Source of the DNA: a bacterium
Lineage (GTDB): Bacteria > Verrucomicrobiota > Verrucomicrobiia > Chthoniobacterales > UBA6821
Direction: 5' to 3'
DNA length: 64,000 nt
NCBI GenBank assembly: GCA_037130175.1
Contig: JBAXTN010000009.1
Coordinates: 1,247 to 65,246 of the forward strand
The notes beneath the pieces were generated by a model. That model saw only the letters and a program-made list of their open reading frames with translations, had not been told where the DNA came from and searched no databases. Below are positions 32,422 through 42,086 of this stretch, in pieces (position 1 is the first letter of the stretch; each line of letters begins with the position of its first letter). The position numbers and the translations under genes were made by a program.

Positions 32422-34026
32422 ATGAGCCACGATTTCTGGACTTTTACCGGTCTGTTTCTGCTCACTTTTATTTCCGAGGATACGGCCACGCTTGGTGGCG
32501 CCTATCTTGCCTTGGCGGACGCCAAGGTATTGGAACGGGTCTTTCTGGCCTGTTTTTTAGGCATCTGGGCGGGTGATCTGGGGCTCTATTTTCTGGGGCG
32601 ATATTGTGGTCGTCCTTTGGCCAACCGAATTTTGGGAAACAAGAAACTTGCCGGGCAAAAAATCAATCAGAGCGAACTCTGGTTCCAACGCTATGGAATG
32701 CTCTCCTTGGTCATCTCTAGATTCGTTCCTGGGATGAGATTGCCGACATATCTTTCCGCTGGTTTTTTAAAAATGCCAGCCCTGCCTTTCATCTGCGCCA
32801 CCGGAGTACTTGCCGCACTGTGGGTGACGCTCCTCTTTTGGTTGGTTCACAGACTTGGCGCGACGGCGCCGGGAGTTTTTCATCAACTTCGACAGAATCA
32901 GGTCTTGGCTGTTTGTGCCCTGTTGGCCTTTGTGATTCTCCTCCATTTTCTCATGAGAGGCGCGAGCTCGATGCGCTGCCGGCAGTTCTTCCGAAAGCTT
33001 TGGCAGTGGGAATTCTGGCCTGCATGGTTTTTCTATCTGCCCGTTGTCGCAAACTTTCTCCGTCTCTCCATCCGATATGGCAGCATCTCCCTGCCTACCT
33101 CTGCCAATCCGGGAATGTTGACCGGGGGGATTATCGGCGAGTCCAAGTTCGAGACCCTTGATGAACTCCAGACAAGCAGCCCGGAATTCGTTGCTGCAAG
33201 TTATCTTCTTACGGAGGAAGGAGACCGCATGGGCAAGTTGCAGAGTCTGCTTATCGGGGGGGAACTGGAATATCCGTTTATTCTCAAACCGGATGTCGGG
33301 CAACGCGGAAGCGGCTTCAAAGTGATCCATCGTGAGGATCAGGCGCGTGCCTACCTGTCGCAAGTCGATGTGCCAATCGTTGCTCAGCAATATATTGCGG
33401 GGCCTTATGAAGCAGGTGTCTTCTACTATCGTTTTCCCAACGAAAATAAGGGGCGTATACTTGCCATGACGGAGAAGATCTTTCCCGTCATTGAGGGTGA
33501 TGGCAGCCACACGATCGCTGAACTGATTCGAGCGGACAAAAGGGCATCCCTTCTTGCGGAGACCTATCTCACTCGCTTCCAAGATTCGCTCGGAGAGATT
33601 CCTCCATCGGGGCAGAGCGTGCGTCTGGTCGAGGCGGGCAATCATGCTCAGGGCTGCATTTTTCGAGATGGGATGTATCTCTGGAGCAGTGAGTTAGAGA
33701 GCCGGATCGATGAGATTTCTCAAAAAATCAATGGTTTTTTTGTCGGCCGGTATGATCTCCGGTTTTCATCCGCTGAGGAGCTTACAAAGGGGAATGCGTT
33801 CTGGATTCTGGAACTCAACGGCGCCTCATCGGAACCAACAAGCGCCTATGATGCCTCCAAATCCCTTGCGGATGCCTACGGTCTGCTCTTCAAGCAATGG
33901 AATATTGTGTTTGCTATTGCCGCCCAGAACAGGGCGCTGGGTCATCAGTCGGATGCCATCATGAGTGTTCTTAGCGAATGGAGAAAATACCGACTCCGAA
34001 GCATCTGTCATCCTGCTGCTGACTAA
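32422..34026 (+). CDS. fusion protein: DedA/VTT membrane domain + extra TM segments + ATP-grasp ligase domain
   Basis: The N-terminus is DedA-like (ISRFVPGMRLPTYLSAGFLKM). The C-terminus has ATP-grasp motifs (FILKPDVGQRGSGFKVI, VAQQYIAGPYEAGVFYY, WILELNGASSEPT). Confidence 0.75.
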   Translation: MSHDFWTFTGLFLLTFISEDTATLGGAYLALADAKVLERVFLACFLGIWAGDLGLYFLGRYCGRPLANRILGNKKLAGQKINQSELWFQRYGMLSLVISRFVPGMRLPTYLSAGFLKMPALPFICATGVLAALWVTLLFWLVHRLGATAPGVFHQLRQNQVLAVCALLAFVILLHFLMRGASSMRCRQFFRKLWQWEFWPAWFFYLPVVANFLRLSIRYGSISLPTSANPGMLTGGIIGESKFETLDELQTSSPEFVAASYLLTEEGDRMGKLQSLLIGGELEYPFILKPDVGQRGSGFKVIHREDQARAYLSQVDVPIVAQQYIAGPYEAGVFYYRFPNENKGRILAMTEKIFPVIEGDGSHTIAELIRADKRASLLAETYLTRFQDSLGEIPPSGQSVRLVEAGNHAQGCIFRDGMYLWSSELESRIDEISQKINGFFVGRYDLRFSSAEELTKGNAFWILELNGASSEPTSAYDASKSLADAYGLLFKQWNIVFAIAAQNRALGHQSDAIMSVLSEWRKYRLRSICHPAAD

Positions 34027-34040
34027 TACGTATTCGCGAC

Positions 34041-34772
34041 ATGTGCACACTCTCCTTCCTTCCGGCAGACAAGGGCTTTCATCTTCTCATGAATCGTGAC
34101 GAGCAACGCAGCCGTCCAGCAGGCATCCCTCCCACGATTCATCAGTGCAATTCCAGAACAGCTATCTTTCCGAGCGAGCCTACGGGGGGCACATGGATCG
34201 GATCAAATGACCTCGGACTGACCTTTGCCCTGATCAATTGGTATTCAAAACCTCAGTTAATGACTCCGCTGGCTTTCAGTCGGGGGCAAATTATTCCGCA
34301 ACTACTCTGCCAACACACGATTGACGCTGCGGGGGAGATTTTCTCCACATTTCCTCATTCCTGTCTGAATCCCTTCCGATTGATCGGGATCTCACCTGTA
34401 GAACAACGACTTCAAGAGTGGCGCTCCTGCGTGACCGATACGGAGTTTCTCGCCTTAGACTGGAAAAAAAGACATTGGTTTTCATCCGGCTTTGAGGAAG
34501 CCGAAGCCTCGAAAGTCAGGGCCAATACATGTCAGGCTGAAACGGTTGATCATGGTCAGTCTTCCCTCGATTCACTGAGACGACTGCATTCCTCACATCT
34601 TCCCGCAAAAGGTCCCTACTCGATCTGCATGCACCGACCCGATGCCTGCACGGTCAGCTTTACGGAACTTTCCCTGACTCACGGAACGGTAACCATGCGG
34701 TACCACTCCGGTGCACCGTGTGAAGCTCTGGATCTTCCATGCTCTGAACTGAGCCTTTCCATATACCCATGA
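34041..34772 (+). CDS. NRDE/TANGO2-family protein (Ntn-hydrolase-like, Cys2)
   Basis: Starts MCTLSF...LLMNRDEQRSRP, the signature NRDE motif with an N-terminal Cys after Met. Confidence 0.8.
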   Translation: MCTLSFLPADKGFHLLMNRDEQRSRPAGIPPTIHQCNSRTAIFPSEPTGGTWIGSNDLGLTFALINWYSKPQLMTPLAFSRGQIIPQLLCQHTIDAAGEIFSTFPHSCLNPFRLIGISPVEQRLQEWRSCVTDTEFLALDWKKRHWFSSGFEEAEASKVRANTCQAETVDHGQSSLDSLRRLHSSHLPAKGPYSICMHRPDACTVSFTELSLTHGTVTMRYHSGAPCEALDLPCSELSLSIYP

Positions 34773-35362
34773 CCATGAAACCCAACAGATTGGAAGCCTT
34801 CAGCGACGGTGTCATTGCCATCATCATCACCATCATGGTGCTCGACCTGAAAGCGCCCCATGAACCGAATCTCGATTCCGTACTTAAGGTAGTCCCCACC
34901 CTGCTGACCTATGTGCTGAGCTTCATCATCGTAGCGATCTATTGGGTCAACCATCATCACCTTCTTCACCTTGTCACCAAGGTCGATGCGGGCATCCTTT
35001 GGGCCAATATCAACCTTCTCTTTTGGATGTCCCTCTTCCCATGGGTGACATCTTACCTGGGAGAGAATCACGCAGCACCCCTAGCCGTTTCCGCCTACGC
35101 CGTTGTGGCATTTGCAAGCGGGACTTCCTTCAACATCCTGAGAAGGATCATCGCCCGTCATCAAGAGCAGAGTGAAGCGCAGCACTCCCTGCATGCACGG
35201 AGAAACATTCTGAGTCTTGTCGCTCTTATTTGCTATTTCTCCGCGATCTTCACGGCCTGGCTTTATGTCCCTCTCGCTCTGGTTTCGATTGCGGCTCCGA
35301 TGATGATCTATTTTTTCCCGGATCTGATATTCCCGGATCACAAAGCTATGAAAAATGATTAA
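34769..35362 (+). CDS. TMEM175/DUF1211-family K+ channel homologue
   Basis: TM1 signature RLEAFSDGVIAIIITIMVL (RxxxFSD) and six hydrophobic segments. ATGA overlap with the NRDE gene. Confidence 0.8.
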   Translation: MTMKPNRLEAFSDGVIAIIITIMVLDLKAPHEPNLDSVLKVVPTLLTYVLSFIIVAIYWVNHHHLLHLVTKVDAGILWANINLLFWMSLFPWVTSYLGENHAAPLAVSAYAVVAFASGTSFNILRRIIARHQEQSEAQHSLHARRNILSLVALICYFSAIFTAWLYVPLALVSIAAPMMIYFFPDLIFPDHKAMKND

Positions 35363-36125
35363 TTTTAGTCATGCTCGCATCCGTCTCAGCTGCCTCCTTT
35401 TCCTGACTCTAACAGCTCTTCACAGGGCCGAAGGGTTCACCCCTTTGGCGCTACATAGCGAAGAGGCAAAAATCCAGCTAATCGAACTCTACACTTCCGA
35501 GGGATGCAGTAGTTGCCCCCCGGCAGAGAGTTGGTTCAGCAGTCTCAAACAGAATCCCGCGCTTTGGAAAAGATTCGTCCCTGTGGCCTTTCATGTGGAT
35601 TACTGGAATTACCTTGGGTGGACGGATCCCTATGCTTCGGCAGATTACAGTGTCAGACAACGCTCTTATGCGAATGCTTTGCACACAGGCAGCATTTACA
35701 CACCCGAGTTTTTTCTCAACGGGAAGGAATGGAAACCGGACATATTCGAGATCCCAACTTCCGTGCAAACTACCGGATCACTCAATGCCACACTCTCTGA
35801 TAGCGGAAAAGTAGAGCTTCTTTTTAAGCCTTTGAATCGACACATCACTTCGTATGTGATCGAGGTGGCGCTTCTTGAGTGCGACCTCAGCAATTCCGTG
35901 ACTCGCGGTGAAAATGCAGGGCGGATTCTGCATCATGATTTTGTGGCATATGCCCTCCTGAAGTCTAAATTAACCCCGGATGGAGAAAGAGGCTACAAGG
36001 CCGCGATCACTCTACCCTCACACCATTCAATGCCATCCACAGCCATCGCCATCTGGGTTCGAGAGGAGCAGAGTTTGATCCCGATTCAGGCGCTCGGGGG
36101 GATGGTTGAAATAAAACGCCTGTGA
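35355..36125 (+). CDS. DUF1223 protein (thioredoxin-like, CxxC), secreted
   Basis: Signal peptide, then IELYTSEGCSSCPPAE and FHVDYWNYLGWTDPYAS, typical DUF1223 motifs. 8-nt overlap with the TMEM175 gene. Confidence 0.8.
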   Translation: MINFSHARIRLSCLLFLTLTALHRAEGFTPLALHSEEAKIQLIELYTSEGCSSCPPAESWFSSLKQNPALWKRFVPVAFHVDYWNYLGWTDPYASADYSVRQRSYANALHTGSIYTPEFFLNGKEWKPDIFEIPTSVQTTGSLNATLSDSGKVELLFKPLNRHITSYVIEVALLECDLSNSVTRGENAGRILHHDFVAYALLKSKLTPDGERGYKAAITLPSHHSMPSTAIAIWVREEQSLIPIQALGGMVEIKRL

Positions 36126-36191
36126 TGAGGAATCTAAAGCTGCCCAAAGATTTATGGGAATAAAGATCACAGATAAAGGCTCTGATGAGTT

Positions 36192-37274
36192 ATGAAACAA
36201 CTTCTTTGGAATCAAGTTTACCCACTTCTCATCATACTCCTTCTTGCCGGATGCGAGCAGGGCAAAGCTGGCCAATCCACACCAAATACCTCCACAAACA
36301 CTATGATCCCTAGCAACCAGTTCCTACCCATCCCACACGAGGATCGTAAACAGAAGCTTACTCCCATGCAGTATGAGGTGACACAGCATGCGGCCACAGA
36401 GCCGGCTTTCCATAATGAGTTCTGGGACAATCATCAACCTGGAATCTATGTTGATGTCGTCTCAGGAAAGCCTCTCTTCAGTTCGCTCGATAAGTTTGAT
36501 TCCGGCTGCGGTTGGCCCAGCTTTAGTAAGCCTGTGGACCCCAAAGTCGTTGTGGAGAAGACTGATAAAACCTTCGGGATGGAACGCACCGAGGTTCGCT
36601 CCGAGGGGGCTGATTCACATCTCGGCCATGTCTTTGACGATGGTCCCGGCCCCACCCACCTGCGCTATTGCATTAACTCAGCTTCGCTCCGATTCATACC
36701 CGTTGATCAGATGGAGAAGGCCGGCTACGGATCGCTCGTGGCTCCTTTTATCAAGGCGGGGTTGTTCAAGTCTCCCGCGGGAAAACCAACACAGGAAACG
36801 GCTGTTGTGGCCGGAGGATGCTTCTGGGGAATGCAGGAGATCATCCGCAAGATTCCCGGCGTGATCAGTTCGACGGTTGGCTACACTGGAGGAACGATCC
36901 CAAATCCAACCTACGAGATGGTGTGTTCCCACAACACCGGGCATGCTGAAGCAGTAAAAGTTACCTTCGATCCCAGCGTCCTGAGTTACGATGAGTTTCT
37001 ACACTTCTTTTTCAGGATGCATGATCCCACCACCCTGAACCGCCAGGAAAACGATATCGGCGACCAATACCGTTCGGCCATCTTCTACACGAGTGAGGAG
37101 CAGAAACAAACCGCCCTCAAAGTGAAGGGGGAAGTCGATAAATCAGGAAAGTGGAAGAAGCCCGTAGTTACTGAGATAACCAAGGCGACGACTTTCTATC
37201 CAGCCGAGGAGCATCATCAGGATTACTTACAAAAGAACCCCGGCGGCTACATGTGCCACTTTCTGCGCAACTAA
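36192..37274 (+). CDS. msrAB: lipoprotein-anchored bifunctional methionine sulfoxide reductase MsrB-MsrA
   Basis: Lipobox LLLAGC. The MsrB part has GCGWPSF and RYCINSASL. The MsrA part has GGCFWGM and [12 protein letters not shown]. Confidence 0.9.
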   Translation: MKQLLWNQVYPLLIILLLAGCEQGKAGQSTPNTSTNTMIPSNQFLPIPHEDRKQKLTPMQYEVTQHAATEPAFHNEFWDNHQPGIYVDVVSGKPLFSSLDKFDSGCGWPSFSKPVDPKVVVEKTDKTFGMERTEVRSEGADSHLGHVFDDGPGPTHLRYCINSASLRFIPVDQMEKAGYGSLVAPFIKAGLFKSPAGKPTQETAVVAGGCFWGMQEIIRKIPGVISSTVGYTGGTIPNPTYEMVCSHNTGHAEAVKVTFDPSVLSYDEFLHFFFRMHDPTTLNRQENDIGDQYRSAIFYTSEEQKQTALKVKGEVDKSGKWKKPVVTEITKATTFYPAEEHHQDYLQKNPGGYMCHFLRN

Positions 37275-37349
37275 ATCGACCAGATTATTCCCTGACTTAA
37301 AACTTGTCAGTTAATGCTTCTATGATGTAGCTTCTCCCTTCCTAAAAAA

Positions 37350-37610
37350 ATGACGACAACAGAAACAGCAGAAATTGCAGCACTCCGGCTGCATGATAAC
37401 GATACCGGCAGTGCCGATGTGCAGGTGGCCAATCTCACACAGAGAATCACGGTGCTGACAGAGCACCTTAAAGGCAACGCCAAGGATCACTCCTCCCGTC
37501 GTGGCCTTCTTAAAATGGTGGCCACACGCCGCCGTCTCCTTGATTACCTAAAAAATACCGCTTCAGAGCGTTATCAGGCAGTCATTGAGAAGCTCAATCT
37601 GCGCAAGTAG
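37350..37610 (+). CDS. rpsO: 30S ribosomal protein S15
   Basis: 86 aa; [40 protein letters not shown] is canonical S15. Confidence 0.95.
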   Translation: MTTTETAEIAALRLHDNDTGSADVQVANLTQRITVLTEHLKGNAKDHSSRRGLLKMVATRRRLLDYLKNTASERYQAVIEKLNLRK

Positions 37611-37862
37611 CTATTTTCGGGGGCCCGGCTTTTCTCTGCGGGTCTGAAAAGACCTGTGTGAGGAGATCGGGAATCCGGCACACTTGCCTCCCTACCCTAC
37701 CTTTTATCACCTCTTGGTTAAGAGGGATTCTCCTGATTGGAGAGAAAGGCAAATAAACCCATTACCCAATATCGGCACCCGTTCAGGGGGCCATCCGCAT
37801 CCAAGGGCAATCAATATTTTCGCCCGTGTCGGATCCTTATTCCAACCCAAGAAACAAACACC

Positions 37863-40001
37863 ATGTCACACACCACTATTACGGCCAATGTCGGCCAGAA
37901 CCCTATCTCCTTTGAAACCGGCAAGATTGCCAAACTCGCCGATGGCGCGGTGATGGTTCGCTCCGGCGAGACCATCGTCCTCGTCAGCGCCGTTTCTGCC
38001 ACCAGCATCAAGGATGGGCAGGATTTCTTCCCTCTCACCGTAGATTACAAGGAAAAGGCTGCCGCCGTGGGCAAATTCCCAGGCGGTTATTTCAAGCGTG
38101 AAGGCCGTCCCAGTGAAAAAGAAATCCTCACTGCCCGTATGACAGACCGTCCGCTGCGTCCCCTTTTCCCGAAGGGATACTTCTACGATACCCAGATCAT
38201 CAGCATCCTGCTCTCTGCTGATGGCGAGATCGATCCTGATATCCTCTCAATCAATGGAGCTTCTGCCGCACTTTGTGTGTCAGACATTCCCTTTGAGAAG
38301 CCCATTGCAGCTGTTCGTGTGGGCCGCATCGGTGGTCAGTTCGTGGTCAATCCCACGCACACTCAGCGTGAAGAAAGCGATCTCGATCTTGTCTATGTCG
38401 GCGATGGCGAGAAGGTCATCATGATCGAGGGTGCGGCCAATGAATTGCCTGAAGAGGAGTTCAAGAAGGCCCTCGATTTTGCCCTCGTTGAGTCCAAGCC
38501 CCTCATCGCTGCCCAACGCGAGTTGATCGCTGCCGCTGGCAAGCCCAAGCGCGAATACAGCGTCCTTGCCGTGGATCAGGGAATGCTCGAAATCGCTTAT
38601 GCCGTCGCCGGTGATCGTATCGAGGCCGCTCTCTATACTCCTAGCAAGGTTGCCCGTGGCAAGGCTGTCGGCGCGCTTCGTGAGGAAGTGAAGGCCAAGA
38701 TCCTTGAGAGTTTCCCCACGGCAACGGGATTTGAAATTTCCCAAGCATTTGATTATCTCCAGAAAAAGGCATTCCGCGTCAGCATTCTCGACAAGCAGAA
38801 GCGTTGTGACGGACGCGGACTCTTTGAGTTGCGCCAGCTTACGAGCGAGACATCCATCCTGCCCCGTGCACACGGATCCGCCCTCTTCGCCCGTGGTGAG
38901 ACCCAGGCGATGGCCCTTGCAACGCTTGCAACCACCGATGAAGCCCAGATGATTGATGGATACGGTGGCGGTGAAACGACCAAGCGATTCCTGCTCCATT
39001 ACAACTTCCCTCCTTTCAGTGTGGGCGAGACTGGCCGCTTCGGTGGTCAGAATCGCCGCGAGATCGGTCATGGTGCCCTTGCCGAGCGCTCCGTCTTCCC
39101 AGTGATCCCCTCGCAGGAGGATTTCCCGTACGCGCTTAGGGTGACCAGCGAGGTCATGGAGTCAAACGGCTCCACCTCGATGGCCTCAGTCTGTGCCGGA
39201 GTGCTTGCGCTTCTGGATGCCGGAGTTCCGCTCAAGCGGCCGGTTGCCGGTATCTCCGTCGGTCTTGTTTCCGAGGATGATGGCAATGGTAATCTCACCC
39301 GCCACACCCTCCTCACCGACATCATAGGCAGTGAGGATCACTTCGGTGACATGGATTTCAAACTTTGCGGAACAGAGGAGGGAGTCACCGGCTTCCAACT
39401 CGATCTCAAGCTTGCAGGTATCAGCCACGAGCTTCTGGCCTCGGCAATCGACGACGCACGCAAAAATCGCGGGCTTATCATCGATCACATGAAGCAGACG
39501 CTCGGATCACACCGCACCGAGATGAGCAAGTATGCTCCCCGTATCGAGACCGTGAAGGTTCCGCAGGACAAGATTGGCATGATCATTGGCCCTGGTGGCA
39601 AGACGATCAAGAGCATCGTTGCCGAGACTGGTGCCGAGATCAACATCGAGGATGATGGCTCCGTCCACATCTACTCCAGCAATGGTGAGAGCCTGAAGCG
39701 CGCCAAGGAGATCATCGAAGGGATGATCCGGGAAATTGTGGTGGGTGACATCTATCAAGGTACTGTTGTTTCAATCAAAGACTTCGGTGCTTTCGTCGAG
39801 GTGCTTCCCGGAAAAGATGGTCTTGTTCATATCTCCGAATTGGCCGATGCCCGCGTCAACAAAGTTGAGGATGTTGTTAAGAGTGGAGATGTCATCTGGG
39901 TCAAGTGCATCGGCGTCGATGACAAAGGGCGCGTGAAGTTGAGCCGCAAGGCTGCAATGAAAGAGCGTGATCAGGCTGCTGCGGCAGCGCCTGTTGCTTA
40001 A
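37863..40001 (+). CDS. pnp: polyribonucleotide nucleotidyltransferase (PNPase)
   Basis: Two RNase PH domains, a KH domain (IGMIIGPGGKTIK) and an S1 domain (GTVVSIKDFGAFVEVLPGKDGLVHISE). Start set at MSHTTITA (37863). Confidence 0.95.
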   Translation: MSHTTITANVGQNPISFETGKIAKLADGAVMVRSGETIVLVSAVSATSIKDGQDFFPLTVDYKEKAAAVGKFPGGYFKREGRPSEKEILTARMTDRPLRPLFPKGYFYDTQIISILLSADGEIDPDILSINGASAALCVSDIPFEKPIAAVRVGRIGGQFVVNPTHTQREESDLDLVYVGDGEKVIMIEGAANELPEEEFKKALDFALVESKPLIAAQRELIAAAGKPKREYSVLAVDQGMLEIAYAVAGDRIEAALYTPSKVARGKAVGALREEVKAKILESFPTATGFEISQAFDYLQKKAFRVSILDKQKRCDGRGLFELRQLTSETSILPRAHGSALFARGETQAMALATLATTDEAQMIDGYGGGETTKRFLLHYNFPPFSVGETGRFGGQNRREIGHGALAERSVFPVIPSQEDFPYALRVTSEVMESNGSTSMASVCAGVLALLDAGVPLKRPVAGISVGLVSEDDGNGNLTRHTLLTDIIGSEDHFGDMDFKLCGTEEGVTGFQLDLKLAGISHELLASAIDDARKNRGLIIDHMKQTLGSHRTEMSKYAPRIETVKVPQDKIGMIIGPGGKTIKSIVAETGAEINIEDDGSVHIYSSNGESLKRAKEIIEGMIREIVVGDIYQGTVVSIKDFGAFVEVLPGKDGLVHISELADARVNKVEDVVKSGDVIWVKCIGVDDKGRVKLSRKAAMKERDQAAAAAPVA

Positions 40002-40038
40002 GTACACAATACCTGCCTCAAAGAAGGCATTCATAAAA

Positions 40039-40071
40039 ACCCGAAGGGAGAGACGCCCTTCGGGTTTTTTT
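40039..40071 (+). terminator. intrinsic terminator after pnp
   Basis: Perfect 10-bp stem ACCCGAAGGG/CCCTTCGGGT with a 7-nt loop, followed by a T7 run. Confidence 0.85.
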
Positions 40072-40125
40072 GTGGCGATATCGTAACAAAGAAAGTCTTT
40101 TCCTTATTTAACCAGACGATAAGGT

Positions 40126-41859
40126 ATGCTTCTCATGAAATTACGCAAAATATCACTCCTTGCGGTAGGGATTGTGATTCTGGGCGGCCTGACCGGGCAA
40201 CAAGCCACGGCGCAAAATGCCCCCCCTAAATTTTTGAATCCGACTCAGGAACTGGATAATGCTCAAAACGCAACTCCTTATCCCCGGTCTAAAAAATCGT
40301 TTTTGGCTAGTTGGTGGAGCGGAAAAGGTGCCACGGCCAACTGGCTTGGCTTAGGTAAGAAAGCCGACGATTACGGGCTGACAGTGACTGGTGACTGGCA
40401 GGGAAACTACTATGGGAATACAACAGGGGGATATCGTACGGGAAGCGCCTTTGACGAGCAGATTAAGCTCGGGTTCGCCTATGATTTTGGCAAGGTTTTT
40501 GGCCTGACAGGACTCAAGGCATATTCAAACCTTCGCTACCGGGATGGGAATGACATCAACAACATCACGGGTGCCGCCAACGGATTCAATCCTTCCAACA
40601 TTCAGAGTGGGAAGGAACTCCGCCTGATGGCTCAGTATTTGGAATACACCACATCCAATGGCAAGCTGATGATCAATGCTGGGTGGATGAATCCCTATGA
40701 CCAGTTCCTGCAGCAGCCCCTCTCTAAGCTCTTCATGAACAACCAGATTGCGAGTAACAAGGGAATCGGTGCCAACATGGGTGGTGGCGCGAAGCAACAC
40801 TGGCCCGGCAATGCCCGATACAACGGAAATACGGCTTCCAAGATCCCCTGGTCCAGTACCTATGACAGTTGGGGAGGAACATTGAAAGTGAAGCCCACCA
40901 AGGAAACCTATGTCATGAGCGGTCTTTATATGGCGATTCCCAATGCCGGTGGAGCCACTCAATCAGTCTATAGCCCGACACAAGTTGCTCCCTACACATC
41001 CGTTCCCAAGAATCAGCAGGGTCAGGCGAATCCTGCGTCCAAGGGAACAATCAACAACAACGGTGTGTCTAGCTTTGGGGGTGCCGGATGGAATGCCGTG
41101 GGAGCAGGTCAGCCAAATGGTAATACAGGAAATCCGAACGGTCTTTACAGTGTGACGGAATTTGGATGGGAGCCGAAATTTGGGAAGGACAAGCTCGAAG
41201 GAAAATATGCCTTTGGTATGATCTGGTGGGGTATTCAGAATCAAGACTTCCTCCCAGTGAATCAGTCCGGAACGGGAAAATCTGCCAAGGCCTATAACGC
41301 CGGCCCATTCAACATGGGTGCCTGGGCCTTCTACTGGCAGGCTGATCAAATGCTCTATCGTGTCCATGAACCACAACAAACCGTCTTTTCAGCTGACGGC
41401 AAGAGCGTGGTGGATGCCAAAAACCCGACAGAGGCCGCCAAGCCGACCCTCTCCAAGAAGGGACTCTACATGTTTAACGCCTTCACCTTCTCCCCACAGC
41501 AATACAGCCTGCTCGACTTCTACTACCAGACCGGCTTGGTGTACCAGGGACTGATCCCGGGTCGTCCGGAAGACCGCATGGGACTTGCCTTCGGCACCGC
41601 ATGGTTCAGCTCTCAGGCGGCTTCTGCCTACAACCAGACCTACGCCATTTCGAGTGCTGCTAGCACAGCTGCTAAGACGGCGGTCTATCCCGCCCAGCCG
41701 CAGCCCACATGGGGTGGAGTTCTGGAGTTTGATTATCAGATCATGGTGAACAAATGGTTCTCTGTGAAGCCGTTTGCAGAATACATCATGAATCCCCAGC
41801 AAAATGGAACATTGGGTAACGAACTGGTACTCGGTTCCCAAGTGGCCCTCAAATTTTAG
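40126..41859 (+). CDS. OprB-family carbohydrate-selective porin
   Basis: Signal peptide, the pattern GLTVTGDWQGNYYGNTTGG...IKLGFAYDFGKVFGLTGLKAYSNLRYRDG, and a C-terminal LKF. Confidence 0.75.
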   Translation: MLLMKLRKISLLAVGIVILGGLTGQQATAQNAPPKFLNPTQELDNAQNATPYPRSKKSFLASWWSGKGATANWLGLGKKADDYGLTVTGDWQGNYYGNTTGGYRTGSAFDEQIKLGFAYDFGKVFGLTGLKAYSNLRYRDGNDINNITGAANGFNPSNIQSGKELRLMAQYLEYTTSNGKLMINAGWMNPYDQFLQQPLSKLFMNNQIASNKGIGANMGGGAKQHWPGNARYNGNTASKIPWSSTYDSWGGTLKVKPTKETYVMSGLYMAIPNAGGATQSVYSPTQVAPYTSVPKNQQGQANPASKGTINNNGVSSFGGAGWNAVGAGQPNGNTGNPNGLYSVTEFGWEPKFGKDKLEGKYAFGMIWWGIQNQDFLPVNQSGTGKSAKAYNAGPFNMGAWAFYWQADQMLYRVHEPQQTVFSADGKSVVDAKNPTEAAKPTLSKKGLYMFNAFTFSPQQYSLLDFYYQTGLVYQGLIPGRPEDRMGLAFGTAWFSSQAASAYNQTYAISSAASTAAKTAVYPAQPQPTWGGVLEFDYQIMVNKWFSVKPFAEYIMNPQQNGTLGNELVLGSQVALKF

Positions 41860-42086
41860 GCTTGGGATTTTCTCGCGCTGCTGCGTTGCTGATCGCTCGG
41901 CGTAGGTCTACTACGCCATTTGCTCACGACGCCTTGCGGGGCATTGAAACTTCCTGCGCCTTTTCTACTCCTACGCTTGTTGGCCATGCTCTCCTTCTGA
42001 ATGGCTGCACTCAGTAAGGTAGTGAATGAAGATACCGTAAGGGATAAATTTTCAATAATCGGCTTTTAGCTTTTCGTTTTGGGCTT

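Noticed and set aside
41899-41917. 7-bp hairpin GGCGTAG-gtcta-CTACGCC after the porin gene as a terminator.
   Set aside because: The stem is perfect but short and is not followed by a T-run (ATTTGC), so I cannot support it as an intrinsic terminator.
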